Shown one piece after another: positions 61,752 through 64,000 of a stretch of DNA of 64,000 bases (position 1 is its first letter; each line of letters opens with the position of its first letter). The translations under genes and the position numbers were made by a program. The stretch covers positions 3,028,259 to 3,092,258 of the forward strand of contig CM082591.2 in assembly GCA_040954595.2 (NCBI GenBank), in the 5' to 3' direction. The notes beneath the pieces are model-generated. The model saw nothing but the letters and a program-made list of their open reading frames with translations. It made no database searches and was not told where the DNA came from. Source of the stretch: Balanoglossus misakiensis (lineage: Eukaryota; Animalia; Hemichordata).

Positions 61752-63723
61752 TCATTTCCCAGGCAACGGGTAACAATAAACGTCATATCGGCTGTCTGGA
61801 CTTTCATCATTGAGTGTTATCACCCCAATCTGACCGCCGCACTTTTTGCTGGAACTTTGCATAGGGTATCCCACAATGCCGCCTGCTAACCACCCAGGAC
61901 TGCACTCTTCGTAGCCCATTTCCCATGATTCTTGAAGTTGTTCCAGAGTTGCCATCTGTGCGCAGTAGCGCCCACACTCTTTTACGGCTCTCTCAAACGT
62001 CAGTGTGTTCTCTCCCTCAAGGCCTCTGACGTGGAACGCTGTTGCTGCAATTGAGTGGAAACTCTGAGTTAATGAAGTTTATGTTTGCTCTAAGAAAGAT
62101 GTGTCCAACCACCACCACCAACAACAACATAACAACCTTTACAGCCATACCAATACTACTATTGAACCACCACAAATGCCGTTACTCTAGCTACGAGCAC
62201 GATATCTGAAAGCACACAAAACGAAATTCTCATGTCTTACTTTCACTCGTGGCACAAGCTACCGGCGGAGCTGTGACTGTTTCCCCACGCGGATAGCAGT
62301 AAACGTCCCTGCTTGCGGTGAGCGCTTCACTGGGGAACACGACCAAACCAACCCGGTTGCCACACTTCGGGATGGCCTCCTGCATGATGTACCTCACCAC
62401 GCCATCTGCATTCCATCCGCGTTCACACATCTCATACCCAGCGAACCAGGCGTCGTACATGTGATCCAAGGTCGCTATTTCAGCACAGTATTTCTTACAT
62501 TCTTCCACGGCTTCGACGAAGGAAAGACTGTTCTTGCCCTTTTCCCCTTGGACATGGAACAGCGAAGCTTAAATGTAAAACGAGGAAACGTATTCATTCA
62601 TGTGCATAATAAAATCGCAAGCAAGGGAAATCATATACAAATGTACTATATTGATACATTATTAAACGATATGGAAAATGACTTACTGTGGTTACTTATG
62701 CAGTGTTCTGTTTGATGACTTCCAGTTCCAAGTTCACCATCACCATTATTGTTGGTGGTGTTATCGTCTTCTACGTCATCATTGCTTTCAGTTCTGCCTT
62801 CAAACTGGTCCAATGTTACAGTCGCTGTTGAAGCTACGCTGGAGTATGGTTCCATATCGTGGTCCCCCGTTGTCATGGCTTTGCTGGTCACCTCTGGTTG
62901 TTCTGACTGCACTTCTGGTGGTCTGTAAGTGGATTGGTCTGTCTCCGTTGTAGTGAGCAATACACCATTTAAACTTGGTGTATGGGATTGCATGAATTCT
63001 TTGGTATGTCCATATGCCCCGGAGTTCATTGTGGTCATCGCTTTGCTGGTCACCTCTGGTTGTTCTGACTGCACTTCTGGCGGTCCAGAAGTGGATTGGT
63101 CTGGCTCCGTTGTAGTGAGCAATAAACTGTTGAAACTCTGAGTCGAGGATTGCATGAACTCTGTTGTATGTCCATGTGCCTCGGAGTTCATTGTTGTCAT
63201 CGCTTTGCTCTTCATCTCTGGTTGTTCTGACTGCACTTCTGGTGGTCCGGACGTGGACTGGTCTGGCTCCGTTGAAGTGAACAACAAGCCATTGAAACTT
63301 GGTGTCTGGGATTGCATTAACTGCTTGGCGTGTCCGCCTGCTTCGGAGATTTCACCATTTACATTGCTACCAATGATACCTTTTTATGAAAGAGACCAAA
63401 AATATCAGCGTGTATTGAAACACAGTCACATTTCACAGAACACTCGGCCATTAATAGATTGAGGAGGGTTGAAAATGTGAACGGAAAAGAGGAAAGACAA
63501 ATAGTCCTATCACAGAATCGATCGGACACGCACATGAAAATTCTCAGATCTCACCTGCTTCGGAGCCAAACTTTGCACCCAACATGAAACACAGCGCAGC
63601 TAAACCCAAAGCAAATGCCAGTAGTAACAAAATGATAGGTTTCCTATTATTCTTTATGGTATTTCCCTTTCGATAATTGCCTGCTTCTGTGTCAGGATCA
63701 AATACCCCGATTCTGGTTGACAT
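61752..63723 (-). CDS. Type II membrane protein with a Ser/Thr-rich repeat stalk and two C-terminal Link (Xlink) modules; join(63723..63555, 63379..62687, 62567..62241, 62044..61752), ~493 aa
   Basis: Three phase-1 GT-AG introns give an in-frame 1482-bp join. The N-terminus is a basic tail plus TM (RKPIILLLLAFALGLAALCFMLGA). Link 1 is LFHV..SLSFVEAVEEC..AEIAT..AW.AGYEMC.RGW.ADG.VRY..C..G..DVYCY, and Link 2 is FHV..LTFERAVKEC..AT.EQL..GYEEC.PGWLAGG.VGYP..KCGG..YDVYCY. The start could lie further upstream. Confidence 0.85.
62870..63345 (-). repeat. Coding minisatellite, 162-bp (54-aa) unit, about 3 copies
   Basis: MQS starts recur at 63317, 63155 and 62993. The unit is MQS..PSFNGLL.T.TEPDQSTSGPPEVQSEQPE..SKAMTTMNS..GHT.EF. 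Confidence 0.93.
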
Positions 63724-64000
63724 TATGTCAGTGTTCTCCAATTCTCATCAAATAAGAAGAGTTTTCTGTCGAGTAGCGAAATAAGGACGCACTTGTTGCT
63801 GACCCGTGTACAGGTGTAAGTGCCGAAAGCCTGTACTATTTCTTTCCAATAATTCTACATCAGTTCTCTTCCAACGTATGTATTCTTACCAAAGGATTAT
63901 AGTTGGCCCAGGGGGGAAACGTATCCTTGATAAATTGACCTTCGTTGCAGAGTATTCAAAACAGACTAAATCTTAATCCTAACCCAAAAGGCAAATCCAT

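Noticed and set aside
1-64000. CRISPR arrays, rRNA, tRNA or prokaryotic operons
   Set aside because: None were seen. The repeats lack unique spacers, and the DNA is clearly spliceosomal eukaryotic.

Overview
This is eukaryotic (animal) DNA with GT-AG introns, AT-rich intergenic DNA and microsatellites. The gene families suggest a marine invertebrate deuterostome such as a hemichordate, which is inference only. The window is mostly local gene duplications: four uronyl-2-O-sulfotransferase-like genes with single coding exons, two paralogous long ankyrin-repeat genes that both end in a CaaX box, and three two-exon Patched-domain (PTCHD3-like) genes. It also holds a four-exon secreted phospholipase A2 and a four-exon gene for an unusual type II membrane protein with a mucin-like stalk and two C-terminal Link modules. 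The clearest structural event is a young, apparently intact 8,488-bp Academ-type DNA transposon (44167-52654). It has TAG...CTA ends, ~931-bp TIRs, a TTG target duplication and a 1,554-aa DDE transposase plus XPG nuclease ORF. It interrupts a single-exon, three-Ig-domain receptor with two ITIMs, and removing the element and one TSD restores a 584-aa frame. A 554-bp TAG...CTA MITE with a 9-bp TSD (AcademH-like) and a 41-bp hairpin insertion with a 7-bp TSD are also present. All exon boundaries were read by eye, and no database search was run.
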